Source: Clostridiales bacterium (GTDB lineage: Bacteria; Bacillota; Clostridia; Christensenellales; Pumilibacteraceae). From it: a stretch of DNA of 64,000 nt. Below the pieces are notes generated by a model. It did no database searches. It saw only the letters and a list, made by a program, of their open reading frames with translations, and was not told where the DNA came from. The position numbers and the translations under genes were made by a program. The stretch's first letter is position 1, and every line of letters begins with the position of its first letter. The DNA is taken from NCBI GenBank assembly GCA_003533505.1, contig DQGD01000004.1, forward strand, positions 3,933 through 67,932, given 5' to 3'. Shown here in pieces: positions 53,470 through 62,880 of this stretch.

Positions 53470-54762
53470 TCAGTTATACTTCGGCAGCCAATCGCCGTGA
53501 GCCTCGAACAAATCGTCGCACATGCTCTTTATGTCGTCCATCGACAGTTCGGCTTTGGTGTGGGGGTCGAGGTAAGCCGCCATGTACACGTCCTCTTTTT
53601 TCCTCGTCACCGCGGCGCGGATAGTCATCAGCTGCACGTTTATATTGGTCATGTTCAGCGCGGCAAGCTGCTCGGGAAGTCTGCCGACGTGGCAGGGATT
53701 AAGCCCGTTTCTGTCCACCATTACGGGCACTTCCACGCACGCTTCGGGAGGCAGATTGTCGATAAGCCCGGTGTTCAGCACGTTGCCGTGAATACGGAAG
53801 GGCACGTCGGTTTCACAGGCTTCGATAATGCGCGAGCCGTACTCGCGGCTTCTCTCGTGCGTCACGTCGCCGCCGTTCAGGATTTCGTCGCGCTCTTTTG
53901 CCCAGCCCTCGATTTGCCTTACGCAGCGGCGCGGATATTCGTCCAGCGGAATATTGTATTTTTCGATAAAATCCGGGTACTTGTCCTTGATGTAGTAGGG
54001 GTGGTATTCGGCGGTGTGCTCGCTGCTCTCGGTGTTATAATAGCCAAAGTGGTTCATCATGTCGAGGCGCACGCGGTCGCATTCGGGGCGCACCTCGTTA
54101 AACTTCTTTTTCATCGCCGGGTACAGGTCGTTGCCGTCCTTGTCCCTGAGCTCGAGCAACCACGCCATGTGATTGATGCCGGCGATTTTCCATTTCGCGT
54201 CGTTGAGCTCGGGCATGTCGAGCGATTTTGCAAGCCCCGGCACGCACACCTGCACGCTGTGGCAAAGCCCTACGGTTTTCACACCCGTGTAGCGTTGCAT
54301 AAAGCCCGTCAGCATAGCCATGGGGTTGGTGTAGTTGAGGAACAGCACGTTCGGGCAGACTTCTTCCATGATGTCGGCGTAAGCTTTCATCACGGGAATG
54401 GTGCGGAGCGCGCGGAAGATGCCGCCGATACCCAAGGTGTCGGCGATAGTCTGGCGCAAGCCGTACTTTTTGGGAATCTCGAAGTCGGTCACGGTGCAGG
54501 GTTCATAGCCTCCCACCTGAATGGCGTTTATGATGTAATTCGCGCCGCGGAAAGCTTCTCTTGCGTCGGTGTACTTGTCCACTTTCACGGACTTGTTGTA
54601 CTTGTCGCGCATAGCAGTGATGATGACGTAGGACTCGTCCAGCCTGCGCTCGTCGATGTCGTACAGCGCGATTTCATAGTCTTTCAGTTCGCTCAGTAGG
54701 CAATCGCCCAGCACGTTTCGTGCGAACACCGTCGAGCCGGCGCCCAGAAAAGTGATTTTCAT
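53470..54762 (-). CDS. melA: GH4-family alpha-galactosidase/alpha-glucosidase (NAD/Mn-dependent)
   Basis: 430 aa. MKITFLGAGSTVFARNVLGDCLL is the GH4 Rossmann opening, similar to Bacillus MelA. AAGGAG RBS. A divergent AraC regulator lies next to it. Confidence 0.75.
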   Translation of the reverse strand: MKITFLGAGSTVFARNVLGDCLLSELKDYEIALYDIDERRLDESYVIITAMRDKYNKSVKVDKYTDAREAFRGANYIINAIQVGGYEPCTVTDFEIPKKYGLRQTIADTLGIGGIFRALRTIPVMKAYADIMEEVCPNVLFLNYTNPMAMLTGFMQRYTGVKTVGLCHSVQVCVPGLAKSLDMPELNDAKWKIAGINHMAWLLELRDKDGNDLYPAMKKKFNEVRPECDRVRLDMMNHFGYYNTESSEHTAEYHPYYIKDKYPDFIEKYNIPLDEYPRRCVRQIEGWAKERDEILNGGDVTHERSREYGSRIIEACETDVPFRIHGNVLNTGLIDNLPPEACVEVPVMVDRNGLNPCHVGRLPEQLAALNMTNINVQLMTIRAAVTRKKEDVYMAAYLDPHTKAELSMDDIKSMCDDLFEAHGDWLPKYN

Positions 54763-54859
54763 TGTTTTGGTTCTCCTTGACTTGTTTTTAATTATTTGTT
54801 ATAATTTTTGCGCCCGAAGCGTGGGCTTCGGAGCGGTTATAACCGCGAGGTAAACGGCA

Positions 54860-55696
54860 GTGTACAACGAGAAAAAGAAAGTTTACGGATATTACGTTTT
54901 CGGCGAGAGCGTCAGCGAGGCGATAGAAGTGTGCGACGCGGGTTCGGAGGAGTGCGCGCCGTCGCACGACTACGGTCCTGCGGTGCGCAACTATTGCCTC
55001 ATGCACTTCGTCAAGTCCGGCAAGGGAGTATTTGCCGTGGGCGGCAAAGAGTATCGCCTCGAAAAGAATACGGCGTTTCTCATTCGCCCGGGAGCGTCCG
55101 CATATTATCGCGCGGACGAGAATAACCCGTGGCATTACGTCTGGCTGGGCTTTCGCGGCGTGGAGGCGGAAAAACTGGTTGCGGCGGCTCTCGGCGACGG
55201 CAACGTGTTCGAGGTGCCGGCGGAGCTTATTTACGAGCTGGAGCTCGTGATAAAGACGTGCACCGACATGACGGACATGGCGTATGCGCTCACGGGGTTG
55301 GTGTACAAGATTCTCGGCAGAATCAGGTCGGAGCGCACCGTAAAGTCCAAACGTCCCGACATCGTGAAGAGCGCGACGCGGTTTATCGAGTACAACTACT
55401 TCCGTCCGTTCGACGTGACGAGGCTCGCCGGCGAGCTCGGCATGAGCCGCGCCCACTTCACCACCGTGTTCACCGCGGCAATGGGCGTTTCACCCTATAA
55501 CTACCTCACGCGCTACCGCATCTCCAAGGCGGAATCGCTGCTTAAGTCCGACGGCGACCTTTCGATTACCGAAGTGGCGTATTCGGTGGGCTTCTCGTCC
55601 ATCGAGCGTTTCAGCGAAATGTTTAAAAAGTACGTCGGAGTCAGTCCGCTGTGCTACAAAAAGGACGGCGCGCCGCCAGCCCCCACGGCACAATAA
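54860..55696 (+). CDS. AraC-family transcriptional regulator (divergent from melA)
   Basis: 278 aa, GTG start. Cupin-like N-terminal domain and a C-terminal double HTH (FTTVFTAAMGVSPYNYLTRYRI...FSEMFKKYVGVSP). Confidence 0.8.
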   Translation: MYNEKKKVYGYYVFGESVSEAIEVCDAGSEECAPSHDYGPAVRNYCLMHFVKSGKGVFAVGGKEYRLEKNTAFLIRPGASAYYRADENNPWHYVWLGFRGVEAEKLVAAALGDGNVFEVPAELIYELELVIKTCTDMTDMAYALTGLVYKILGRIRSERTVKSKRPDIVKSATRFIEYNYFRPFDVTRLAGELGMSRAHFTTVFTAAMGVSPYNYLTRYRISKAESLLKSDGDLSITEVAYSVGFSSIERFSEMFKKYVGVSPLCYKKDGAPPAPTAQ

Positions 55697-55893
55697 CAGT
55701 ATACTATAACCGCGCCCGGGAACGCAACGGCGTATTGTTCCGAGTTTTTAACGATTTGTTCGGTTTTTCGCGCCGAACGCGAGCCGAGCGGGTACAGGGA
55801 CGCACAATCGACCTCGGAAGCCGTAAAAATAGTTTTGCGTTTTGGCGTGTTTTTGCTTTTGTTTGAGCCGAAAATGTGCTACAATGTTTCCGT

Positions 55894-56295
55894 ATGGAAA
55901 GTAAAGACGCGACACAACTCAATTCGCTCACGCTCGCGTTCCTCGGCGACGCGGTATTCACGCTGTTCGTCAGAGAAAAACTCGTGACCGAGCACGACTG
56001 TAAGTCGGGCAGACTGCACAAGATGGCGAGCGACTACGTTTGCGCCGCTTCGCAGGCGAGAATGCTGGAGGGCATAACGCCCGTTCTTACCGAAGAGGAA
56101 AAAGAAGTGGCTCGGCGGTGCAGAAACTGCCATAACCCGTCGCACGCGAAGAACGCCGCGCTGTCCGACTACAAGAAAGCGACCGCGCTCGAGGGCGTGC
56201 TGGGATTTCTGCGGCTGACGGGGCAGAACGAAAGACTGAACGAGCTTATGAATAAATGTACGGGAATTATCGACGGAGGTAACGGCAATGAGTAG
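55894..56295 (+). CDS. mrnC: Mini-ribonuclease III
   Basis: LNSLTLAFLGDAVFTLFVREKLV is the RNase III signature in a protein of about 133 aa. The start is ambiguous between GTG 55876 and ATG 55894. The extended -10 TGCTACAAT at 55877-55885 overlaps the GTG at 55876, which favours ATG 55894. Confidence 0.75.
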   Translation: MESKDATQLNSLTLAFLGDAVFTLFVREKLVTEHDCKSGRLHKMASDYVCAASQARMLEGITPVLTEEEKEVARRCRNCHNPSHAKNAALSDYKKATALEGVLGFLRLTGQNERLNELMNKCTGIIDGGNGNE

Positions 56296-57118
56296 AGCCG
56301 ACAAGGTGTTTTTGGCAAACCTTAAAGACATAATAGAAACGGGGTGGTCGGACAAAGACATTCCCGTGAGGCCGCATTGGGCGGACGGAACGCCGGCGCA
56401 CACCGTCAAGAAGTTCTGCATAGTCAACCGCTACGACTTATCGGAGGAGTTTCCGATAATCACCGTGAGAAAGACCAATTTCGCGGCGGCGGTGGACGAA
56501 ATCCTGTGGATTTGGCAGAAAAAGAGCAACAACGTCCGCGACCTTAACTCGCACATCTGGGATTCGTGGGCGGACGAGAGCGGCTCGATAGGCAAGGCTT
56601 ACGGCTATCAGCTGGGCGTGAAGCACAAGTACGCCGAGGGCGAGTTCGACCAGGTGGACAGAGTGCTGTACGACCTCAAACACAATCCGTACTCGCGCAG
56701 AATTATGACCAATATCTACGTCCACGCGGATTTGCACGAAATGAATCTTTACCCCTGCGCCTATTCGATGACTTTCAACGTCACGGGCAATAAACTCAAC
56801 GCGATACTCAATCAACGCTCGCAGGACATGCTGACGGCAAACAATTGGAACGTTGCGCAGTACTCGGTGCTGCTCGTCATGATGGCAAAGGTGTCGGGGC
56901 TGGTTCCCGGCGAGCTTGTCCACGTCATCGCCGACGCTCACGTCTACGACCGCCACATTCCGCTGTGCGAAACGCTGTTCGACCGTCCGCAGTACCCTGC
57001 GCCGAAGCTCGTCATAAAGCGCGACGTCAAGGACTTTTACGACTTCAGGGCGGACGACTTCGAGCTCGAGGACTACAAATACACGCCGCTGGGCGCGAAA
57101 ATCGAGGTTGCGATATGA
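56288..57118 (+). CDS. thyA: Thymidylate synthase (ThyA)
   Basis: 276 aa. The catalytic Cys context is LYPCAYSMTFNV, and LNQRSQDMLTANNWNVAQYSVLLVMMA aligns with the QRS-D...N-A-Y block of ThyA. GGAGG RBS. Overlaps mrnC by 8 nt. Confidence 0.85.
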   Translation: MSRADKVFLANLKDIIETGWSDKDIPVRPHWADGTPAHTVKKFCIVNRYDLSEEFPIITVRKTNFAAAVDEILWIWQKKSNNVRDLNSHIWDSWADESGSIGKAYGYQLGVKHKYAEGEFDQVDRVLYDLKHNPYSRRIMTNIYVHADLHEMNLYPCAYSMTFNVTGNKLNAILNQRSQDMLTANNWNVAQYSVLLVMMAKVSGLVPGELVHVIADAHVYDRHIPLCETLFDRPQYPAPKLVIKRDVKDFYDFRADDFELEDYKYTPLGAKIEVAI

Positions 57119-57627
57119 TAAGAGCGATAGTAGCCGTGGACGAGAAGTGGGGTATCGGCAAGAACAACGACCTGTTGTTTCACCTGCCTGCGGATATGAA
57201 GTTTTTTCGCGAAACCACGCTGGGCAAAGTAGTTATAATGGGCAGCAACACGCTGAAATCTTTCCCGGGCGGCAAACCGCTCCCGAAGCGCACCAATATC
57301 GTGCTGTACCCGGGCGGCGAAAAGCGCGACGACTGCGTTATAGTCGAGTCGCTTGACGAAATGAGAGAAACGCTGCGAAAGTACGAAAAAGAGGATATTT
57401 ACGTTATCGGCGGCGCGATGTTCTACCGCACGATGCTGCCGTACTGCGGCGAAGCATTGGTGACCAAGGTCAACGCGGACGGCGAGGCGCAGGTGTTCTT
57501 CGAGAATCTGGACGAGCTGCCCGAATGGGAGTGCGTAAAGATAAGCGAGCCTACGGAAACCGACGGCAAGACGATAAGGTTTACGACCTACCGCAACAAT
57601 GCGGTTCGGGATTTTTTAGGGGAATAA
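57115..57627 (+). CDS. folA: Dihydrofolate reductase
   Basis: ATGA overlap with the thyA stop, 170 aa. MIRAIVAVDEKWGIGKNNDLLFHLPADMKFFRETT is the DHFR N-terminus. Confidence 0.9.
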   Translation: MIRAIVAVDEKWGIGKNNDLLFHLPADMKFFRETTLGKVVIMGSNTLKSFPGGKPLPKRTNIVLYPGGEKRDDCVIVESLDEMRETLRKYEKEDIYVIGGAMFYRTMLPYCGEALVTKVNADGEAQVFFENLDELPEWECVKISEPTETDGKTIRFTTYRNNAVRDFLGE

Positions 57628-57663
57628 CCCCCCCCGGTAATACAAGCAAAGAGGAAATAGACG

Positions 57664-58392
57664 ATGAAAATTTACGGAAGGAACGCCGTCGCGGAGGCAA
57701 TCAAATCGGGCAACACGATTGACCGCCTCGTCGCGGCAAAAGGACAAAAGGACGTGGGCGCACAACGCATCATCGACGACGCGAAGTCGCGCGGAATCAA
57801 GGTTTTTTTCTACGACAAGGAAGTGCTTGACCGCGAAACGGGCGGCAAAAAACATCAGGGTTTCGTGGCAGAAGTCACCGACTTCAAGTACTGCGAGCTC
57901 GACGATATTCTGGCTTACGCCGAGCAAAAGGGCGAAGCTCCGTTCGTGTTCGTGCTCGACGGAGTGGAGGACCCGCATAACCTCGGCAGTATCTTAAGAG
58001 TAGCCGAGTGCACGGGCGCGCACGGCGTGGTGATTCCGCGCCACCGCAGCGTTTCGGTCAACGACACGGTGGTCAAGGTTTCGGCAGGCGCGGCGGAGCA
58101 TATACGCGTCGCCAAGGTCACGAACGTGAACGACGCCATTGACGAGCTGAAAAAGCGCAACGTGTGGGTGTACGCGGCGGACATGGACGGCGACGACATC
58201 TATAAGGCAAAGCTCACGGGCGCGGTGGCGTTCGTCATCGGCGGCGAGGGCAGCGGCGTGAAACGGCTCACGCGCGAAAAGTGCGACGGCGTGGTCGCGC
58301 TCCCCATGCGCGGCAAGGTAAACTCGCTCAACGCCTCGGTCGCGGCAGGCGTGGTTGCCTACGAGTATATCCGTCAGAATTTTGAAAAATAA
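57664..58392 (+). CDS. rlmB: 23S rRNA (guanosine-2'-O)-methyltransferase, SpoU/TrmH family (RlmB-like)
   Basis: 242 aa. DGVEDPHNLGSILRVAECTGAHGVVI and GGEGSGV...SLNASVAAGV are SpoU motifs. Confidence 0.8.
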   Translation: MKIYGRNAVAEAIKSGNTIDRLVAAKGQKDVGAQRIIDDAKSRGIKVFFYDKEVLDRETGGKKHQGFVAEVTDFKYCELDDILAYAEQKGEAPFVFVLDGVEDPHNLGSILRVAECTGAHGVVIPRHRSVSVNDTVVKVSAGAAEHIRVAKVTNVNDAIDELKKRNVWVYAADMDGDDIYKAKLTGAVAFVIGGEGSGVKRLTREKCDGVVALPMRGKVNSLNASVAAGVVAYEYIRQNFEK

Positions 58393-58433
58393 CGAAAAAT
58401 AATTAAAAACCGCGATTTTAAGGCGCAAATCGC

Positions 58434-58462
58434 TTGAAAACCGCGGCGGTAAATTATATAAT
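58434..58462 (+). promoter_or_regulatory. Putative sigma-A promoter of tpiA-gpmI
   Basis: TTGAAA, 17 nt, TATAAT, 74 nt upstream of tpiA. Confidence 0.5.
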
Positions 58463-58535
58463 ATTGTTCGGCAGGGAGCACCCCGGTTTCTGCCGCACCG
58501 AAAATAAGGAAAGTATTTTCAAGGAGATAAACATC

Positions 58536-59297
58536 ATGAAAAAGCCTATCATCGCAGGCAATTGGAAAATGAACAACACCAAGGCTGAGGCGGAAGCGCT
58601 GCTTACCGAGCTCAAGCCGCTGGTTAAGGACGTAAAGGGCGTGGACGTCGTGGTTTGCGTACCGTTTACCGACATCGAAAAAGTAAAGAAACTCGTCAAG
58701 GGCAGCAAAATCCGCGTGGGCGCGCAGAACGTTTCCTGGGCGGACAAGGGCGCGTTCACGGGCGAGATAAGCGCGAGCATGCTGATAGAGGCAGGCGCGG
58801 AGTACGTCGTCATCGGTCACAGCGAGCGCCGTCAGTACTTCGGCGAAACCGACGAGAGCGTCAACAAGCGCACCGTGCAGGCGCTTAAATACGAGCTTAA
58901 ACCTATCGTGTGCGTGGGAGAAACGCTTGCCGAGCGCGAGGGCGGCTTTACCGAGAGCGTGCTTTACAAGCAGATTAACGGCGCGTTCGAGGGCATCGAA
59001 GCCGAGGACGCGAAGAAAATCGTCGTGGCTTACGAACCCGTCTGGGCTATCGGCACCGGCAAGACCGCTACCGCCGAGCAGGCGAACGACACCATCAAGT
59101 TTATCCGCAAGACGCTTGCCAAAAAGTACGGCAAGGTCACGGCTAACCGCGTGCGTATTCAATACGGCGGAAGCATGAACGCAAAGAACGCAGCCGAGCT
59201 CATGGCGATGAGCGACATCGACGGCGGTCTTATCGGCGGAGCTTCGCTCAAAGCCGTCGACTTCTCCGTGGTTGTAAAAGCAGGCGTAAAAGCGTAA
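58536..59297 (+). CDS. tpiA: Triosephosphate isomerase
   Basis: ATG at 58536 (AAGGAG RBS), 253 aa. Includes IIAGNWKMN, VVIGHSERR and AYEPVWAIGTG. Confidence 0.9.
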   Translation: MKKPIIAGNWKMNNTKAEAEALLTELKPLVKDVKGVDVVVCVPFTDIEKVKKLVKGSKIRVGAQNVSWADKGAFTGEISASMLIEAGAEYVVIGHSERRQYFGETDESVNKRTVQALKYELKPIVCVGETLAEREGGFTESVLYKQINGAFEGIEAEDAKKIVVAYEPVWAIGTGKTATAEQANDTIKFIRKTLAKKYGKVTANRVRIQYGGSMNAKNAAELMAMSDIDGGLIGGASLKAVDFSVVVKAGVKA

Positions 59298-59357
59298 AAT
59301 AAGTTTATGCGAGAGGGCGGACGGTAAAACGGTCGCCCTTTCACGGGAGTAAATACT

Positions 59358-60881
59358 ATGAAAAAAACCGACGCGATAATTATAATGGACGGCTTTGGCT
59401 GGAGAAAAGAGGAAAAGGGTAACGCGGTGATTGCCGCCGGCACGCCGTATATCAAGAGCCTTATGGCGAAATACCCCTACACCTTTATCGAGGCTAGCGG
59501 CAGAGCGGTGGGCTTGCCGGCAGGGCAGATGGGCAACAGCGAGGTCGGACACCTCAACCTCGGCGCGGGCAGAGTAGTCTATCAGGACATCACCCGTATC
59601 GACAAGGCGATTGAGGACGGCGACTTCTTCACGAACCCGGCGTTCCTCGGCGCAATCGACAACGTGAAAAAGCACGGCACCGCGCTTCACCTCGTGGGAC
59701 TTCTGTCCGACGGCGGCGTGCACAGCTGCATTTCCCACCTGTTCGCGCTTCTGGAGCTTGCAAAGAGAAACGAAGTCAAAACCGTGTACGTTCACTGCGT
59801 GACAGACGGCAGAGACGTGCCGCCCGACAGCGCGGTCAAGTATATCGCCGAGCTTGAAGCGGAAATCAAAAAGCTGGGCGTGGGCAAGATTGCCACCGTC
59901 GTGGGCAGGTATTACTACATGGACCGCGACAACCGCTGGGAGCGCGTCAAGAAAGGCTATGACGGAGTGTTCGCAGGTATCGGCACGCATTATGCCACCG
60001 CCGACGAGGGCGTGCGCGCGTCCTACGACAAGAAAGTCTACGACGAGTTTATCGAGCCTATCGTTGTGGGCGACTACAAGGGCGTGAGCGCAAACGACAG
60101 CATAATCTTCTACAACTTCCGCTCCGACCGCGCAAGAGAGATTACGAGAGCGGCGATTTATCCCGACTTCGACTGCTTCGAGCGCAGCGGCGGCTACAAG
60201 CCCGTTTACTATGTGGGCATGACGCAGTACGACGCTACGTTCACGGGTATTCACACCGCGTTCGGTCCCAAGCACCTCGACAACACCTTGGGCGAGTACC
60301 TTGCAAAACAGGGCTTGACTCAGGCGAGAGTAGCCGAAACCGAGAAGTACGCGCACGTCACGTTCTTCTTCAACGGCGGCGTGGAGCAGCCCAACGAGGG
60401 CGAACGGCGCGTGCTCGTCGCCAGCCCCAAAGTTGCGACTTATGACCTACAGCCCGAAATGAGCGCGCCCGAAGTCACCGAAAAGGCGCTCGAGGTCGTG
60501 GGCAACGTCGACGTGCTGATACTCAACTTCGCCAACTGCGACATGGTAGGACACACCGGCGTGTTCGACGCGGCTGTAAAAGCCGTCAAGACCGTCGACG
60601 AATGTTTGTCGAAGCTCGTTCCGGCAATTCAGGCAACGGGCGGTACCGCGCTCGTTACCGCCGACCACGGCAACGCCGAACAGATGTGCTTTGACGACGG
60701 CTCGCCCTGCACTTCGCACACCACCAACCTCGTGCCGTTCATCGTCGCCGGCGACAAGTACGCAAAAGCCACGCTCGAAAAGACCGGCGCGCTTTGCGAC
60801 GTAGCCCCCACGCTTCTGGACGTCATGGGAGTGAAAAAACCCGTCGAAATGGAAGGCAAAAGCCTTATCGCAAAGAAATAA
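59358..60881 (+). CDS. gpmI: 2,3-bisphosphoglycerate-independent phosphoglycerate mutase
   Basis: 507 aa. Includes IIMDGFGW, GQMGNSEVGHLNLGAGRVVYQD and ADHGNAE. Confidence 0.9.
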   Translation: MKKTDAIIIMDGFGWRKEEKGNAVIAAGTPYIKSLMAKYPYTFIEASGRAVGLPAGQMGNSEVGHLNLGAGRVVYQDITRIDKAIEDGDFFTNPAFLGAIDNVKKHGTALHLVGLLSDGGVHSCISHLFALLELAKRNEVKTVYVHCVTDGRDVPPDSAVKYIAELEAEIKKLGVGKIATVVGRYYYMDRDNRWERVKKGYDGVFAGIGTHYATADEGVRASYDKKVYDEFIEPIVVGDYKGVSANDSIIFYNFRSDRAREITRAAIYPDFDCFERSGGYKPVYYVGMTQYDATFTGIHTAFGPKHLDNTLGEYLAKQGLTQARVAETEKYAHVTFFFNGGVEQPNEGERRVLVASPKVATYDLQPEMSAPEVTEKALEVVGNVDVLILNFANCDMVGHTGVFDAAVKAVKTVDECLSKLVPAIQATGGTALVTADHGNAEQMCFDDGSPCTSHTTNLVPFIVAGDKYAKATLEKTGALCDVAPTLLDVMGVKKPVEMEGKSLIAKK

Positions 60882-60894
60882 ATAACCTAACGCC

Positions 60895-60933
60895 AAAAAA
60901 CGAGGTTTGCCACTGTCGCAAGCCTCGTTTTTT
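60895..60933 (+). terminator. Intrinsic terminator after gpmI
   Basis: ACGAGGTTTGC/GCAAGCCTCGT 11-bp stem (1 G-U pair) followed by a T6 run. Confidence 0.65.
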
Positions 60934-60971
60934 CATATTCCCAATCGGTTTTGACAACCTTTCCGTCATCT

Positions 60972-61081
60972 GCCTTACGGCGAGTGATATTCGCGCTACG
61001 CATGAGTTATATCCTCACTGTCGCTCGGGTGATATTTGCCTTACGGCGAGTTATATTCTCGCTATCGCTCGGGTGGTATTC
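60972..61081 (+). repeat. Five tandem degenerate ~22-nt repeats
   Basis: Units: GCCTTACGGCGAGTGATATTC | GCGCTACGCATGAGTTATATCC | TCACTGTCGCTCGGGTGATATTT | GCCTTACGGCGAGTTATATTC | TCGCTATCGCTCGGGTGGTATTC. They are contiguous with no spacers. Confidence 0.7.
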
Positions 61082-61094
61082 GCCTAATTGTAAA

Positions 61095-61182
61095 GTCAAT
61101 TATTCGTTTCATGTCGGGGTTCCTCACGCGCGCGACATTCCGCGCGCTCAGGATGACGGCAGAAAACGGAGAGTGCGCGTTA
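61095..61182 (-). repeat. Family-1 structured intergenic element, copy 5
   Basis: Minus-strand read: AACGCGCACTCTCCGTTTTCTGCCGTCATCCTGAG, hairpin GCGCGCG/CGCGCGC, then TGAGGAACCCCGACATGAAACGAATAATTGAC. Confidence 0.75.
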
Positions 61183-61187
61183 TTATT

Positions 61188-61244
61188 AACAATCCCTCCG
61201 TCATTTTCTAACGAAAATGCCACCTCCCTTTACACAAAGGAGCC
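61188..61244 (-). repeat. Family-2 structured element, copy 3
   Basis: The 34-nt core is identical to 18834-18867 and is followed by the CCTTTACACAAAGG hairpin. Confidence 0.75.
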
Positions 61245-61321
61245 TTTAAATTGTCAAATCTCCGTTACCAAAAATTCGTCACATTTGTCGCGCGATGCGC
61301 TAACTATGCCCATTCTCGACA

Positions 61322-61413
61322 TTTAAAGCGTTGCGAGGGGTCGGGGACACAGTCGCAAGTGTCCCCGACGACTTTTTTTGCTACTTTTTTTCTTCGCTTG
61401 AAAAAAAGTAGTA
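61322..61413 (+). repeat. Family-3 twin-hairpin element, copy 2
   Basis: TTTAAAGCGTTGCGAGGGG, hairpin GTCGGGGACAC/GTGTCCCCGAC followed by a T7 run, then hairpin CTACTTTTTTT/AAAAAAAGTAG. Confidence 0.75.
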
Positions 61414-61525
61414 CCTTTACTCGTTATTAAAACTACCGTTTCATTATTAAAACTAACTTATCTGTCCCCCCCCAAAAAAAACAAAAACCTTTTAAAAATT
61501 AGGGCAATGGGGCGAATTACCGCCC

Positions 61526-62035
61526 CTACATCATTACTTTCATGAGGAGACACCCCAGCACGCACCCCAAAAACGTGGCGACGAGTGCGACGGGGATAGC
61601 GTAGCGCAGGTTTTTCACCGAGCTTTTGGAAAAATAAATGGACGAGAGATAGAACACGGTTTCGCTGGAACCGTAGATTATCGACGCGCACAAGCCGATA
61701 TAGGTATCTGTGCCGTAATCGAGGTAAATTCCGTCGAGCACCGCCATCGCGCCTGCGCCCGAGAGTGGACGCACGAGCATAAGCTCGGTCAGCTCCTTGG
61801 GAATCCCGAAAAACTCGGTGAACGGCGCGGCGAACGCGCTTATTTTTGCGGACACGCCGCTCGCTCTCATAAGCTCCACCGCCGCCATGACGGTGAGAAG
61901 GTAGGGAAAGACCTCCGCCATCAGCGACAAAGCGGTTTTCGAGCCGTCCACGAACACCGAATAGGCGTTCTTTTTGCGGCATGCCGCCAGCGCGAGCACG
62001 GTGAGAAATATAATCGGTATAACGTATGAGGTCAT
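61526..62035 (-). CDS. spmB: Spore maturation protein B (nucleoside-recognition-domain membrane protein)
   Basis: 169 aa, polytopic. ATGA overlap with the upstream spmA-like gene. Pairing and size fit spmA/spmB. Confidence 0.7.
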   Translation of the reverse strand: MTSYVIPIIFLTVLALAACRKKNAYSVFVDGSKTALSLMAEVFPYLLTVMAAVELMRASGVSAKISAFAAPFTEFFGIPKELTELMLVRPLSGAGAMAVLDGIYLDYGTDTYIGLCASIIYGSSETVFYLSSIYFSKSSVKNLRYAIPVALVATFLGCVLGCLLMKVMM

Positions 62036-62688
62036 GCTCTGCCGCCCGATTGCGCCTTGCCGCCGTCAAACAACGGCTGCCCGTTTAAGCCGCCGTCCGC
62101 GCCGTTCGCCTTGCGGAATTTTCGCGGCACGTCGCCGAATACGCGCGCGCACAGCTTCACCAAAACCACGCCGATAATCGTTGAGGCGACGGTAGAAACG
62201 GCGCAGGGCAACAGGAACGCCGTGGGTGAAGTCGAGCCGCGAGCAATCCTCATGCCGATAACCGTGGACGGAATCAGCTGCAATGACGTTGCGGAAATCA
62301 CGACGAGCATAATCATATTCGTGGTGGCGTATGGCGTTTTTCTGTCCATCGAGCAAATCGCGCCTATGCCCATGGGCGTGGCGGCGTTTCCCAGCCCCAG
62401 AAGATTAGCCGACATGTTCATCGCGATATACCGCTCCGTTTCGGGCGATTCGCCGCGAAACAGCCGCTTTATTACGGGGCGAAGAGCACGCGCGACCAGT
62501 CTCGACGCGCCCGTCTTTTCCAGCAGCGCGAAAAATCCAAGCCAGAACCCGTAGGTGGCAACCAACGTCAGCGCAAGGTCTACCGCGCCTTTCGAGCCGT
62601 TGAGCAGCGCGCGTATCGCGCCGTCGGGGTCGGTGAAAAGCATCGCCGCAGTGCCGACGAAAACTATTAAAAACCAGATAACGTTCAT
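62032..62688 (-). CDS. spmA: Spore maturation protein A
   Basis: Start at ATG 62688 (AAGAGG RBS), giving MNVIWFLIVFVGTAAMLFTDPDGAI..., 218 aa. Includes NLLGLGNAATPMG, a Gate/nucleoside-recognition motif. Confidence 0.7.
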   Translation of the reverse strand: MNVIWFLIVFVGTAAMLFTDPDGAIRALLNGSKGAVDLALTLVATYGFWLGFFALLEKTGASRLVARALRPVIKRLFRGESPETERYIAMNMSANLLGLGNAATPMGIGAICSMDRKTPYATTNMIMLVVISATSLQLIPSTVIGMRIARGSTSPTAFLLPCAVSTVASTIIGVVLVKLCARVFGDVPRKFRKANGADGGLNGQPLFDGGKAQSGGRA

Positions 62689-62834
62689 TGAAAAACCTCT
62701 TTGAGTTCTTCGGCGCGGCGAAAAGCCCCACGCCAAAGAGCGTTTAATTATGTATATTCGTCCTGTCCGCGAAATATTTTACTCGAAACGCGCGTTAAAC
62801 CCGGAAGAAAACGACAGCCCCGGGGCTCAATCGA

Positions 62835-62863
62835 TTGCTTTTTTGCGGCGAAACGGATATAAT
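62835..62863 (+). promoter_or_regulatory. Putative sigma-A promoter of metG
   Basis: TTGCTT, 17 nt, TATAAT, with a leader of about 83 nt. Confidence 0.45.
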
Positions 62864-62880
62864 AGACGGTAGGCGCGTAA

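Noticed and set aside
58374-60356. 660-aa minus-strand ORF spanning tpiA and gpmI
   Set aside because: It is a shadow ORF antisense to two clearly recognisable glycolytic genes and crosses their intergenic region. Its composition is low-complexity and Arg/Ala/Val-rich.
60972-61081. Tandem ~22-nt repeats considered as a CRISPR array
   Set aside because: The units are contiguous with no unique spacers, are degenerate, are too few and too short, and there are no cas genes in the window.
61466-61481. Homopolymer tracts C8 followed by A8 (also C8 at 57628-57635 and G7 at 50304-50310) as phase-variation switches
   Set aside because: All are intergenic and outside the predicted -35/-10 spacers and coding regions. 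No gene would be frame-shifted or promoter-tuned by length changes.
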